Positions 35,170-45,936 of a DNA stretch of 64,000 nt are shown piece after piece. The first letter of the stretch is position 1, and the number at the start of each line of letters is the position of its first letter. The notes under the pieces were generated by a model. That model saw nothing but the letters and a program-made list of their open reading frames with translations, searched no databases and was not told the origin of the DNA. Source of the stretch: a virus (taxonomy: Duplodnaviria > Caudoviricetes); the IMG/VR virus record IMGVR_UViG_3300018413_000007, positions 1-64,000 of that record, one strand, 5' to 3'. The position numbers were made by a program, and so were the translations under genes.

Positions 35170-37227
35170 ATGTCAGACAAGAAAAGATATGAGGTTGTAC
35201 TAGCTGAAGGCGTCGATAAAGATGACTTTGTAGCAGAGTTCAGTGGTGTGGTGGACATTCCCAGCACACTGCAATATGTTCCTCGATGTCTTATTATTGA
35301 TATGACAGATAGCCAAAAAGATGTTTTGGAAGCTGATTCTCGTGTCCAAGAAGTAGATTGGATTTTTAGAGAAGAAAGAAATGTAAAGCATCATGGTTAT
35401 AATGAAATCACTCAGACAAAAAAGCCAACGGTAGACCAACAATCTGCTTGGAATTCTGTAGATGGCTCGGAATATACCAGTAGCTTTATCTGTTATTCTG
35501 CAGGAATAGATACCTCATCTCTCACTGCATCCGGTCAAACTGTTGGAATGTTTTATGATTCTGGCCTGGCTGATGGAGATCAGGAAGATCCAATTGCAAT
35601 CTCAAACGCTACTATTAAACAAAGCTTTGATGGGTCTACTGTTGATATAGTCATATTGGAACCGGCCGGTAATGAGAACAATACGTTAATGTCGAATAAC
35701 GCCAGCCATCCCAATTTTTTGAAACCAAGTGATAATAGTTTCAAAATTGTTCCAATGGATTGGAGTTCTTATGATGGTTCTGTAACTGCGTCTGAAAATA
35801 ATCAGGTATCCAATACAAACTATGTACATGAACATGCTGTTGCGTCTGCTATGGCAGCAGCCGGAACGTGCACCGGCTGGGCAAAGAATTCTGATGTAAG
35901 ATTGATATATACTACTAATGGCGCGACTGCGGCTGTCAACGCAATAGTGGCTTGGCACATTACCAAACCAATCAATTCAGCCACCGGCCGAAGAAACGCG
36001 ACAATCATAAACAATTCTTGGGGCTACTTCGCCAGCGGCCAGTTTAATTATTATATTCCGGTTGATCTAATCTCACAATTTATTTGGTATGATAGCGATG
36101 GAAATCAAACAACTGTGAACAGACCTGGTGGTGGTTGGGCCAATGATTTCACAGCTTTTCATGCTGGTGGATTTTCATTATGGCAGATAGAAAGGTCTGA
36201 TGCACCCGGCAATTATTTTTGGTGTGTAAAATCAGGTCAGTCGTCCCGAGCATCTTTTACGTTAGATTTGGCTTGGAATAATTTAAATACATATGAAGGC
36301 ATATATTCTTTCTGGTCTTCAGGAAATGAACCAAACGTATATAGAGCAGACGACTCCCAGCCGCAATGGAATAATCAGTTATTCACTGACGCTGGGAATA
36401 TATATGCTATTTCTAATTCACAAGGCGGTTTTTATAATGAAGACTGGACGATAGAAAATAGAGCAACAACTAGCTCATTTTATCCTCATAGAGATCCATA
36501 TAATCATGAAACCGCAATTGTCGTTGGAGGATGCAACAATTCTGGTTTATATAATACATTTTCCGAGAGCGCTGCTCATGGCCATCTTGTAACTACAACT
36601 GCCGAGGTGAAGCGCGCATATAATTCAGTATCTAATTATGGCGATCCGCAGAGCGATGTAAATGGATATGTATGGAGTTTATATGGTGGTACCAGTAATG
36701 CATGCCCCCAAGTTGTTGGAGGCGCTGCTTTATTAGTCGAATATTTTTATAATAAGAAAGGTGCATGGCCAACGATAGCAGAGCTTAGGTCTTTAATAGA
36801 AGAGGCACAAGATTCTGTGGATTATAATACAATGGTTGAACCTATCTTTGAACCCACAAACCAACCTTTTGATTGGTCTTCAGCTGGTAGTGCCACTTCG
36901 ATCATGCAGGAAGTTGCTAATATGGTAGAGGGTAATAATGGCCTTAATATTAATAATGTAGGAGATTCAACAGGAGGCAGCGCTGCTTATAAACCTGATC
37001 GTGTAAGGTATCAACCTACCAGTCAGTCTGGAGGACCCGGAGAGGATTTTGTATTTTGCAATACAACTCAGGCATACTATGCCACTGCAAACAAAAAACG
37101 CTTTGCTTTGCCTTGGCGATATAGGGTGGTGCCAGAATTTGTCAGTGAGCCAGTTCGAACAAACGTATATCAAAGCCGGCCTGTAAGTGGTCAAACATAT
37201 CCTCGTAGAAAGATTAGACTCGGGTAA
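35170..37227 (+). CDS. Subtilisin-like (S8) serine protease in the virion gene cluster
   Basis: Propeptide-like N-terminus, HEHAVAS, INNSWG, SSGNE (oxyanion Asn), GGTSNACPQVVGGAALL (catalytic Ser). Confidence 0.78.
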   Translation: MSDKKRYEVVLAEGVDKDDFVAEFSGVVDIPSTLQYVPRCLIIDMTDSQKDVLEADSRVQEVDWIFREERNVKHHGYNEITQTKKPTVDQQSAWNSVDGSEYTSSFICYSAGIDTSSLTASGQTVGMFYDSGLADGDQEDPIAISNATIKQSFDGSTVDIVILEPAGNENNTLMSNNASHPNFLKPSDNSFKIVPMDWSSYDGSVTASENNQVSNTNYVHEHAVASAMAAAGTCTGWAKNSDVRLIYTTNGATAAVNAIVAWHITKPINSATGRRNATIINNSWGYFASGQFNYYIPVDLISQFIWYDSDGNQTTVNRPGGGWANDFTAFHAGGFSLWQIERSDAPGNYFWCVKSGQSSRASFTLDLAWNNLNTYEGIYSFWSSGNEPNVYRADDSQPQWNNQLFTDAGNIYAISNSQGGFYNEDWTIENRATTSSFYPHRDPYNHETAIVVGGCNNSGLYNTFSESAAHGHLVTTTAEVKRAYNSVSNYGDPQSDVNGYVWSLYGGTSNACPQVVGGAALLVEYFYNKKGAWPTIAELRSLIEEAQDSVDYNTMVEPIFEPTNQPFDWSSAGSATSIMQEVANMVEGNNGLNINNVGDSTGGSAAYKPDRVRYQPTSQSGGPGEDFVFCNTTQAYYATANKKRFALPWRYRVVPEFVSEPVRTNVYQSRPVSGQTYPRRKIRLG

Positions 37228-37233
37228 TAAATA
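37226..37233 (+). promoter_or_regulatory. Late promoter variant before gp8
   Basis: AATAAATA in the intergenic gap. Confidence 0.45.
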
Positions 37234-37260
37234 AACATAGAAAAGTAATGTGGAATTCAG

Positions 37261-38895
37261 ATGGCCGAAATATTAACAACAAATTATAAGACCGATGTCC
37301 TTCGACGTTTTTACGAAGACATCGAGTCTTCGAATACGTATGTATTTGTTTCAGGGATTGAATTAGGAAGTATCCAGGCCACGAATTCACAGGTAGCCAA
37401 AAATTCTTTCCTATCAAAAACATTATTCGGCAAAAAGATCCGTCAGGAAGACGTGCGATATATGATCAAATATATCCCATGGGCCAACGGAGATACATAC
37501 GTCCAATACGACGATACAGTAGATTTAGAAGATGAACGATTCTATGCCGTGGTAGGGCCCACCAATAACGATACGGGTGACTATCGTGTTTATAAGTGTC
37601 TATTTAATAATTATGGCGGTGAGGTATCATCCCCACCTAATTACGATCCCGCGGTAGGAGATCAAATTTATCGTACTGCAGATGGATACGTCTGGAAATA
37701 CCTATACGCAATCAGTTTAATTGAATTTGAGGCTTATAACGCATTGGGTTATATTCCAATCGTTGGCACATTCGAATCAGATCCAGTTGCGAATACCTCC
37801 TTCTTATCATCATTCAGTGATATTTTTATCGAGAATAAAGATATCAATCAAGGCTATGAAGAGATTTTGGCTAATATCGTAGGTGCTGTATCCCCTAACG
37901 AGATTCAGGTAACTGGTGCCACTCTTAGAGAAAATGTCAAATATCATGCGAATGATTATTTCATCGGCCAAAGATTAAGGGCAACTACAGTATCCGCAAA
38001 CACATTTTATTATGAAGTGACGGATTATGAATACGACGAAGGTACACAGAGAGGGATATTTACGGTAACACCAGATCCTCAGCCAGATAATCTAGGCTCT
38101 GCGGCCATTGGAATTACTCCCTTTATTACCATTACCGGTGATGGAACTGGTGCATCAGCTGTAGCAGAAATTGATTCAGGTCGAATAAATAATATTCAGG
38201 TGATCACAGCAGGTAGTGGTTATCGAAATGCATCTGCAGTGGTAAAAGATCCTCTGTTTGATTTCGATCCAGAAGATACGGCAACCACAGATGTGAGGGC
38301 AGAGATCAGACCAGTATTATCACCACCCGGTGGCCACGGATATAATCTTTTAGATGAATTGAAGTGCAAGCATTTCTTGCTTTATGGGTTCATTACGGGT
38401 GATGATAACGAGCAGATCGGTGATACAAATACATATAATGGTATTGGTATCGTAAAAGAGCCAGAATTCTTCCCCGATCCAAATGCAAATAATGCTGTCA
38501 TCGCACAGGAGATATTCGATAATAGAATTGCAGTGACGACAGACGATATTGGTTTTATTACTGCTAATACAATTATTACCCAGATAGATTCGAATAATGA
38601 AACCATATTCAGTGGAACAGTACATGAATTAGATTTTACTTCAAACACGGTTTACATAGCACAATATGTCGGGGTCTATCCAAACCAACCTGGTAGTGAT
38701 ATTTCTTTAGATCCAGCATTGCCATTTAGAACAGATACCGGTGTTATCATTACTCCGAATTCACCGGCAGCAAATAACATAGTGACACCACTTTATAAAC
38801 AACAAACGGGAGAGGTATACTATATCGAAGACTTCTTCCCATTAGAAAGAAATCCTCTTTCACGAGAAGAGTTTAAGATAGTATTCGAATTTTAA
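37261..38895 (+). CDS. gp8: Baseplate wedge subunit
   Basis: W..G..Y.QYDD, FY.V, VYKCL.NN.G..S..P, T.DGYVWKYLY. Confidence 0.85.
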   Translation: MAEILTTNYKTDVLRRFYEDIESSNTYVFVSGIELGSIQATNSQVAKNSFLSKTLFGKKIRQEDVRYMIKYIPWANGDTYVQYDDTVDLEDERFYAVVGPTNNDTGDYRVYKCLFNNYGGEVSSPPNYDPAVGDQIYRTADGYVWKYLYAISLIEFEAYNALGYIPIVGTFESDPVANTSFLSSFSDIFIENKDINQGYEEILANIVGAVSPNEIQVTGATLRENVKYHANDYFIGQRLRATTVSANTFYYEVTDYEYDEGTQRGIFTVTPDPQPDNLGSAAIGITPFITITGDGTGASAVAEIDSGRINNIQVITAGSGYRNASAVVKDPLFDFDPEDTATTDVRAEIRPVLSPPGGHGYNLLDELKCKHFLLYGFITGDDNEQIGDTNTYNGIGIVKEPEFFPDPNANNAVIAQEIFDNRIAVTTDDIGFITANTIITQIDSNNETIFSGTVHELDFTSNTVYIAQYVGVYPNQPGSDISLDPALPFRTDTGVIITPNSPAANNIVTPLYKQQTGEVYYIEDFFPLERNPLSREEFKIVFEF

Positions 38896-38907
38896 GGGAC
38901 CAGATTA

Positions 38908-41900
38908 ATGCCAATTAATACAAACCTAAATACTGCTCCGTATTTCGACGATTACGATTTAGAGAATCAGTATTATCGTGTTCTATACAAGCCCGGGTTC
39001 GCAGTACAGGCTCGAGAGCTCACACAGATGCAGACAATGCTCCAAAATCAAGTGGAGCAATTTGGCGATAATATTTTCAAAGAAGGCAGTATTGTCAAAG
39101 GCTGTAACTTCACAAGAATCAATGGTCTTCAGTTCGTAAAGGTCGACGACCTCTCAAACAATGTTAATGTCGAAGCATATATTTCAGGCCGAGGAACTGA
39201 AACGATCAATGGAATCGAAACAGAGATCGATTACGTATATGTTCTTACTGGTGGTGATACGGGTCTTCAGGCGGAGATCATTTCTGCAGCCCAGGGCTTT
39301 GAATCTAGGCCACCCGATTTAAATACCTTTTTCATTCGATATTTAAACCAGACAACAAATAATACGACTGGTCAATTCAATGACGGTGAATCATTAACAA
39401 TCACCAGATACAAGTATAAGGTCGGCGAGTTGGTTCCACCCGAAGTGAACCCAATCGCTACAGATCTATTATCGATCACAGGACTTCAGGCATCTGATGG
39501 TGTTTTGACTCCTGCGACTGGTCCTGCATATGGTCTGCAGGCTGCTCCTGGCATTATCTTCCAAAAGGGACATTTTCTCTTTGCCGATGCACAGACATTG
39601 GTCGTAACAAAGTACACTGATATCCCCGACGCTAAGAATGTGGGTTATCGAATCCGTGAGCGTTTGGTTAATGCTCGACAGGATGGATCTTTATACGATA
39701 ATGCCAACGGTTCACAAAATGAAAATGCGCCAGGTGCTGATCGTCTTAAATTAATTCCAGAATTGGTATCCCTTGATACGCCTATAGCAGAGGCAGATGC
39801 ATCGTTCTTCTCTCTCGTTCGTTACCAAAATGGAAACGCCGTAACACTTAGAGACGTTTCTCAATATAACGTCATCGGCGAAGAAATGGCACGTCGAACC
39901 TATGAAGAATCTGGTAATTACATTCTTCGTAATTTTGATTTAAAAACAGAACGAAAAGAAAACCTGGCGAATACTGCTATCACCGATCTAAGGGTAACAG
40001 TAGGATCTGGTACTGCATACGTCAAGGGCTTTAGGGTAGAGAATAAAGGTGAACAGTCTTTTATCTTAGATGATATCGCATCGACTGATGTACTGAATAA
40101 TCAACCAGTATCTTTGAATTATGGTAGCTGGTATCCTTGTACGTATTCCGGCCGACCAGTATTAGGAATGTCCGCGAAGGTCAATTTAAGAAATTCTTCC
40201 AATGTCGATATTGGTGAGGCATATGTTCTTAACGCACTACCAGGAAAGATTTTCTTGTCACGAATTTATATGTCCAGTGGAACAACGACAGATGTCGATA
40301 ATATTGAGATACCTGGTTTTGGGCAGGTCGATCTGACCCAAGGATTTTTTGCAAAAGAAAATTCAAAATCAGAGCTTGTGTTCGACAGTGGTGTGATGAG
40401 TAGTTTTGAAACATCAGACACCACAGTTGCGATAAGACAACAACAGTTAAATGTCACGTTAACTGGAACACAAATTACAATCGCTGCTACTGGAAATGAT
40501 AACTTTGCTGGTTCTAATTCTGTCAGCGATGTTCTGGTAATTGACAGCTCTTCAACTCCTCTCACTGTATCGTCGGTTACCACCCAATTAAATGATTCAG
40601 AATTGGTCATCAACGTTGCCTCTGCCGGTACAGGTGTAGCAGACGTTTATTATAATATCAATAAAAATTTGACTTCTTCTGGTCCTTGGGGCAAACAAGA
40701 AAGAACTACATTCGTTAAGGCTACGGCAAACGTTCCGACCAAGACAAGATATACGTTGGGTATGCCTGATTGTTACGAGATCGTACAGATTCTTGATTCG
40801 GCAGGGATTGATGTAACCTCATCATTTAGACTTGTACCTAATCAGAAGGATACCTTCTACGATTGGTCTTACATCGAATATATCTCGGGTCGACCAGTAC
40901 CAACTGCTGGTGTTATGTCTATTGAATTCAAGTGCTTCCAGTTAAATAATTCGACTGGAGAGTATTTCTTCACGATTAATAGTTATCCTCAAACATTGGA
41001 TTCAAATGAAATCCCCACATTTACTGCTTCGAGTGGTAAGAGATATAACCTTCGTGAGTGTTTCGATTTTAGGCCTTATGCAAATAAAGAGGCTACGATT
41101 TCCTATACGGTACCAAATGCGGCCTCAGCAGTGGTATTTGATGATCCGGTAGGTAGCAACGCAAACGAAACATTCAGCGACTATACCCCACCATTGATTC
41201 CAGCATATAACGGCACGTGTATCACAGATATCGAACACTATCTTTCACGTGTGGATTTGTTAATCATTGATTCATATGGTGCTACCAAATTAATTAAGGG
41301 AGAGGAAGAAAGATATGCTGTACCCCCTCGTCCTGAGCCTGACCAACTGGTAATCGGTGAGGTGACAATACCCGGTGTTCCTGCTCTTACAATGCAAGAA
41401 GCAAACACGATGGGTAAAAGAGATTATGCAGTAAAGGCCAAGCAAAAAGGCATTAAGAATTATACGATGAAGGATCTTCATTCATTAGAGAAGAAGATCG
41501 AAAATATGTCGTATTATATCTCACTGAACCAATTAGAGTCTGATACTGCCAATCTGAATATCAAAGATGAGAATGGTAATACTCGCTTTAAGAACGGATT
41601 TATTGTAGATCCAATGAACGATCTGGGTATTGCTGATGTCAAACATCCAGAATTCAGATCTGCGATTCGACACAAGGCTAAAATATTGACACCGGCCACA
41701 ACAGAATTCTCTATGGATCTGATTTATGCCAGTGGAACGAACGATCAGAGATTCCCAAGTAATGCCCTAACCAAGGCAGTGGGTCTGAGCAAGAATTCAG
41801 ATATTCCTATCATCGAGCAACCATTTGCCACCAACACACGAAACTGTGTAAGTAATTTCTATAATTATGCTGGCCGTGGTCAGATAACACCTCCTTACGA

Positions 41901-44331
41901 TGCGAATTATGATACGACCACAACTCCTGCTCAGATAGTGATCGATAATTCTTTCCCCACGCAGGAAATCATTGATAACATTCAGGAATTCCAACCTCTA
42001 ACGGATACAGAAGTTACTGTTTCTGGTGTAAATCCTGTTACAGGTGGAGGAGTAGAGACAACGACAACTAGGTCCTTAGAGCTAGTAGGGGAAACTGTAA
42101 CTACGACAGAACAATATGTTGGTGATTTTGTCACCAATATGGAATTTCAACCATTCATGTCAGGAAGGAATATTGCAATCTTCATGGTTGGCTTGAGACC
42201 AAATACGAGACATTATTTCTATTTCGATAAGGTCAACGTAGATGGTTCGGTTGCCCCTGGCAATATAGATGCATTTAGTTCAGACGATGTTCGAAGAGCC
42301 GGATCTTTGGGTGATCCTGTCACCACAGATGCCGAAGGTGTTTTAAGAGCAGTATTTGCTTTACCTGCCAATACCTTCTTTGTCGGTGATAGGGTATTAG
42401 AGATTGCAGACGTAGACGTATATGGTGACATCGAATCCTCTGGCACCTCTGGTGGTTTCGTGACATATCATGCATATAATTTCTCTGTAGAGAAAACATC
42501 TCTGTCTACCACCACAACGACAAGAACTCCAGAATTTGAAATTCAGGAAACTACCTCTACGCGTAATCTCCCATCGAGGCCTGCTCCTATTATCGTACCA
42601 ACGATTCCTATATTCCGACGTGGTGATCCTCTGGCACAGACATTCTTCATCAAGGCTGGTATGGGTCAGGGATCTGATGCCGTATATGTCTCTAAGGTCG
42701 ATCTGTATTTTAAGAGAAAGAGTGCAACGAATGGTGTCACTGTAATGCTTCGAGAGGTATCTAACGGATATCCTGCTCCAGAGATTTTGCCATTCTCAGA
42801 AATTCATCTACGATCAAGTCAGGTAAATGTATCAGATGATGCCTCTGTGGTAACGACAGTCATATTTGAGGCTCCTGTTCGATTAGATACAGAAAAAGAA
42901 TATTGTGTGGTAGTAATGCCAGATGGTAACGATCCTGGTTACCTAATCTTCACTTCAAAGGTTGGTGGGGATGATCTGACCCCCGGCGCTACTCAGGGAC
43001 AAGCAATTGTCCAAGACTGGGGAGACGGGGTTCTGTTTACATCTACCAATAACCGTGCTTGGAAATCCTATCAAGATGAGGATATCAAGTTTAAACTGTA
43101 TCGCAATAATTTTGATCAGTCTACTGGAAGTGTTGTTCTCACTAATAATAATCACGAATTCTTTACGGTGGATTCGTTCACCGGAGCATTCAATCGTGGT
43201 GAGACAATTTATCAGCTAAAGAACACCTCTGGTTCAACAAGTGCAACTGTGAGCATCACAACCGGTACTAACACGATCACTGGTACTGCACTAGATGATA
43301 CTTACGCCGGTGGTGATTTCATTTTGGTCAACGATACTGGTAACGGTATTATTGATATCTTCGAAATTGTCACGGTGGATACATCTACGAGCATGACTGT
43401 AGATCATACGGCAGGACACACATTCTCCAACAGTACTGCGAATCCTATCGTTAAAGGTGAATTGATTTATTATAACCCAAGAGATGTATTCAAGATGTAC
43501 CTCGAAGGAAGTAATGCATCTGCGACCAGACAGTTTGATGTATCTGGCCAAATTGTAGGATTAGATTCACAGTCTACAGCAAACATCGTATCGATTGATA
43601 ACGTTGAATTGAGCTATTTCATGCCATTCATCTCTCGAAGTAATGACAGTGTAACAAGTACTACGATCACTGGTGAATTCACCGATCCTCTTAATGTGAA
43701 TAATACGCATGTACAATCACTGAGATTCAATGATCGAAACGAATTCAATAAGACTGGATGTCTTGTATACAGTTTATCAAATGATCCAGGCAAGGGCAAG
43801 AAATTTGAAATCACGGTCAATATGGCCAACAGTGGCAATCAAACCTCTACTCCATTATTGGATGTTGAGGTTTCGAAAATATTGGCTGGTCAATATCAGA
43901 TATCTGAAACAGAAGATGAGGCTGGAGTCTATGTATCAAAGGTCTCCGAATTGGCCGAAGACTTTGATGCGGAAGATTTTGAAATGTATCTCACGGGTTA
44001 TAGGCCTACTGGTACAGATATTAAGGTATATTTCCGAGGTCAAAATGTTTCTGATGTTTCTGCATTCACCACATTGGACTGGGTTGAAATGGAATTGTTT
44101 GAAGGTGTAGGTCTATTTTCGAATACGGGCAACCTTCGTGACTTTAGAGAGTTTAGATATCGAATACCTGCTTCTGCTAAGACTGGTGCCGGTGGTGAAT
44201 ATCAATATACAAGTGCAGATGGAGGAACCTTTGATACATTCAGGCGTTGGTCATTGAAGATAGTAATGACCTCAGACAGAAGGGGTTCTGTACCATTTGT
44301 CAAGGATTATAGAGGGATTGCACTCACATGA
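38908..44331 (+). CDS. Large virion structural protein, VrlC/DUF4815-like
   Basis: NLN.APYFDDYD, VL.KPG.AVQARELTQ.Q, APGADRLK, RFKNGF.VD, DPLAQTF, W...Q.ED.KF.L. Confidence 0.85.
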   Translation: MPINTNLNTAPYFDDYDLENQYYRVLYKPGFAVQARELTQMQTMLQNQVEQFGDNIFKEGSIVKGCNFTRINGLQFVKVDDLSNNVNVEAYISGRGTETINGIETEIDYVYVLTGGDTGLQAEIISAAQGFESRPPDLNTFFIRYLNQTTNNTTGQFNDGESLTITRYKYKVGELVPPEVNPIATDLLSITGLQASDGVLTPATGPAYGLQAAPGIIFQKGHFLFADAQTLVVTKYTDIPDAKNVGYRIRERLVNARQDGSLYDNANGSQNENAPGADRLKLIPELVSLDTPIAEADASFFSLVRYQNGNAVTLRDVSQYNVIGEEMARRTYEESGNYILRNFDLKTERKENLANTAITDLRVTVGSGTAYVKGFRVENKGEQSFILDDIASTDVLNNQPVSLNYGSWYPCTYSGRPVLGMSAKVNLRNSSNVDIGEAYVLNALPGKIFLSRIYMSSGTTTDVDNIEIPGFGQVDLTQGFFAKENSKSELVFDSGVMSSFETSDTTVAIRQQQLNVTLTGTQITIAATGNDNFAGSNSVSDVLVIDSSSTPLTVSSVTTQLNDSELVINVASAGTGVADVYYNINKNLTSSGPWGKQERTTFVKATANVPTKTRYTLGMPDCYEIVQILDSAGIDVTSSFRLVPNQKDTFYDWSYIEYISGRPVPTAGVMSIEFKCFQLNNSTGEYFFTINSYPQTLDSNEIPTFTASSGKRYNLRECFDFRPYANKEATISYTVPNAASAVVFDDPVGSNANETFSDYTPPLIPAYNGTCITDIEHYLSRVDLLIIDSYGATKLIKGEEERYAVPPRPEPDQLVIGEVTIPGVPALTMQEANTMGKRDYAVKAKQKGIKNYTMKDLHSLEKKIENMSYYISLNQLESDTANLNIKDENGNTRFKNGFIVDPMNDLGIADVKHPEFRSAIRHKAKILTPATTEFSMDLIYASGTNDQRFPSNALTKAVGLSKNSDIPIIEQPFATNTRNCVSNFYNYAGRGQITPPYDANYDTTTTPAQIVIDNSFPTQEIIDNIQEFQPLTDTEVTVSGVNPVTGGGVETTTTRSLELVGETVTTTEQYVGDFVTNMEFQPFMSGRNIAIFMVGLRPNTRHYFYFDKVNVDGSVAPGNIDAFSSDDVRRAGSLGDPVTTDAEGVLRAVFALPANTFFVGDRVLEIADVDVYGDIESSGTSGGFVTYHAYNFSVEKTSLSTTTTTRTPEFEIQETTSTRNLPSRPAPIIVPTIPIFRRGDPLAQTFFIKAGMGQGSDAVYVSKVDLYFKRKSATNGVTVMLREVSNGYPAPEILPFSEIHLRSSQVNVSDDASVVTTVIFEAPVRLDTEKEYCVVVMPDGNDPGYLIFTSKVGGDDLTPGATQGQAIVQDWGDGVLFTSTNNRAWKSYQDEDIKFKLYRNNFDQSTGSVVLTNNNHEFFTVDSFTGAFNRGETIYQLKNTSGSTSATVSITTGTNTITGTALDDTYAGGDFILVNDTGNGIIDIFEIVTVDTSTSMTVDHTAGHTFSNSTANPIVKGELIYYNPRDVFKMYLEGSNASATRQFDVSGQIVGLDSQSTANIVSIDNVELSYFMPFISRSNDSVTSTTITGEFTDPLNVNNTHVQSLRFNDRNEFNKTGCLVYSLSNDPGKGKKFEITVNMANSGNQTSTPLLDVEVSKILAGQYQISETEDEAGVYVSKVSELAEDFDAEDFEMYLTGYRPTGTDIKVYFRGQNVSDVSAFTTLDWVEMELFEGVGLFSNTGNLRDFREFRYRIPASAKTGAGGEYQYTSADGGTFDTFRRWSLKIVMTSDRRGSVPFVKDYRGIALT

Positions 44332-44519
44332 TGCAGAGATCACCTACCGGGAAAGCCATTCTTAATACCGACCGAGAAGCATTAAATAAATATAAAATGG
44401 AAAGGCTCTATCAACGAAAGGTTGATCAGCTTCATTCTGATATCGTAGAAATCAAACAATGCCTGCTCAATATCAGCGAAAGAATCGAAAAAATAGAATC
44501 GGACACGAATAATGGCTAA
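44328..44519 (+). CDS. Small coiled-coil hypothetical protein
   Basis: Overlaps both neighbours; GKAILNTD and a C-terminal heptad pattern. Confidence 0.65.
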   Translation: MMQRSPTGKAILNTDREALNKYKMERLYQRKVDQLHSDIVEIKQCLLNISERIEKIESDTNNG

Positions 44520-45873
44520 GACAATAACTACTGTTAGTACCACTGATACCTTTCAGACATGGTTGAATAAAACCAATGAAATGGTAGGAATCTTTGCTGG
44601 AGACGCCATGACAGCATCTGGCAGTGGTGACTCGGCAACTGGTAATTCTACACTGGTTGGTGATTTCACTGCAACAAACTTGATTGCTACTAACAAGTTA
44701 TCGACTACCACGATTGGTAATACCGGTGCTGGTAATACGATTGCATTCACTGAACCGGTAAATATCTCTGGTCCAGATCAAATCGTAGCCACATTTACGT
44801 ATTCTGGTTCTGGTGCACAGACACAATACACCAACGGCACACTATCTTGGGATGTAGGAATCAAGGATAGTGGTGGTGATTTCATCATGAATACTGGTGG
44901 AGGCACCGAAGAACTGGTATTGACCACTGCTGGTACATTGACGGTACCTAATTTGATTGTTTCTGAAGATATCGTGGTGACAGAAGATGTTACTGCTAAC
45001 AATGGTATCTTCAATAATGTTACGATTAATGGTTCATTGGGTGGTTTGACTACCGCTGACGTCAGTGAAGATCCTAGTGCAGCATACGATTCTGGAACAC
45101 AATATTTTACCAGAGCAAGAGTTGCTTCATCACTTTCGGCTGGTAGTAATATCACCATATCAGAAATTTCTAATGGTGTTCAAGAAATCTCGGCAACTGT
45201 AAACCTCTCTGGTTACGCACAAGAAAATACAGCTGTATCTTTTTCTAGTGTAACATCTACCGGTAATATTACAGCAGACTCTGGGGTTGTCCGTGCCAAT
45301 GAATTTTTGGTTGATGGTGCGTATGCTGACACTAACAATCATTTTAGAATATATGGCAGTGGTTCAGCCTCTACACCAACTATTAATTGGGCATTAAAGC
45401 AAAGTGGTACATCAACTAGAAAAATGTACCTTGCCGCTAATTTGAATGTTGAATGTGACGAATATCTATATGGTAATCTTCGTGTATATAATGCAACCGA
45501 TCCCACTATTCGCCTATACGAAACTGGCGAAATTGTCGCTGAAGGTGATATCACGGCATTCGGTAATGCATCAGATATTAATTTAAAAGAAAATATCGAG
45601 GTCATTCCAAATGCTCTCGAAAAGGTTTCTCAACTCAGGGGTGTCACATTTAACTACAAGGACGACCCCGATTATAGAACCACTGGTCTCATAGCTCAGG
45701 AAGTTGAGAAGGTCTTACCTGGTGTTGTTTACGATGCATCTCATATAGAAGATGACGGAGAGACATATAAAGCACTTCGATATGGAAATACGGTTGGTCT
45801 TCTTGTAGAGGCCATCAAAGAATTACAAGACAGGATTGTGGAATTAGAAAAACGTTGCAACTGCGACGGATAA
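44512..45873 (+). CDS. Tail fibre with C-terminal intramolecular chaperone (peptidase S74)
   Basis: N-terminal TDTFQTWLNKTN; C-terminal SDINLKENI, GLIAQEVEKVLP, LVEAIKEL coiled coil. Confidence 0.85.
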   Translation: MAKTITTVSTTDTFQTWLNKTNEMVGIFAGDAMTASGSGDSATGNSTLVGDFTATNLIATNKLSTTTIGNTGAGNTIAFTEPVNISGPDQIVATFTYSGSGAQTQYTNGTLSWDVGIKDSGGDFIMNTGGGTEELVLTTAGTLTVPNLIVSEDIVVTEDVTANNGIFNNVTINGSLGGLTTADVSEDPSAAYDSGTQYFTRARVASSLSAGSNITISEISNGVQEISATVNLSGYAQENTAVSFSSVTSTGNITADSGVVRANEFLVDGAYADTNNHFRIYGSGSASTPTINWALKQSGTSTRKMYLAANLNVECDEYLYGNLRVYNATDPTIRLYETGEIVAEGDITAFGNASDINLKENIEVIPNALEKVSQLRGVTFNYKDDPDYRTTGLIAQEVEKVLPGVVYDASHIEDDGETYKALRYGNTVGLLVEAIKELQDRIVELEKRCNCDG

Positions 45874-45905
45874 TCTTAGTTATATTATATTTTGATTGTT
45901 GATCT

Positions 45906-45913
45906 TATAAATA
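45906..45913 (+). promoter_or_regulatory. T4-type late promoter for the giant gene
   Basis: Exact TATAAATA 24 nt upstream of ATG 45937. Confidence 0.8.
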
Positions 45914-45936
45914 CAAAATAAAAAGGTAAAGGCTTC

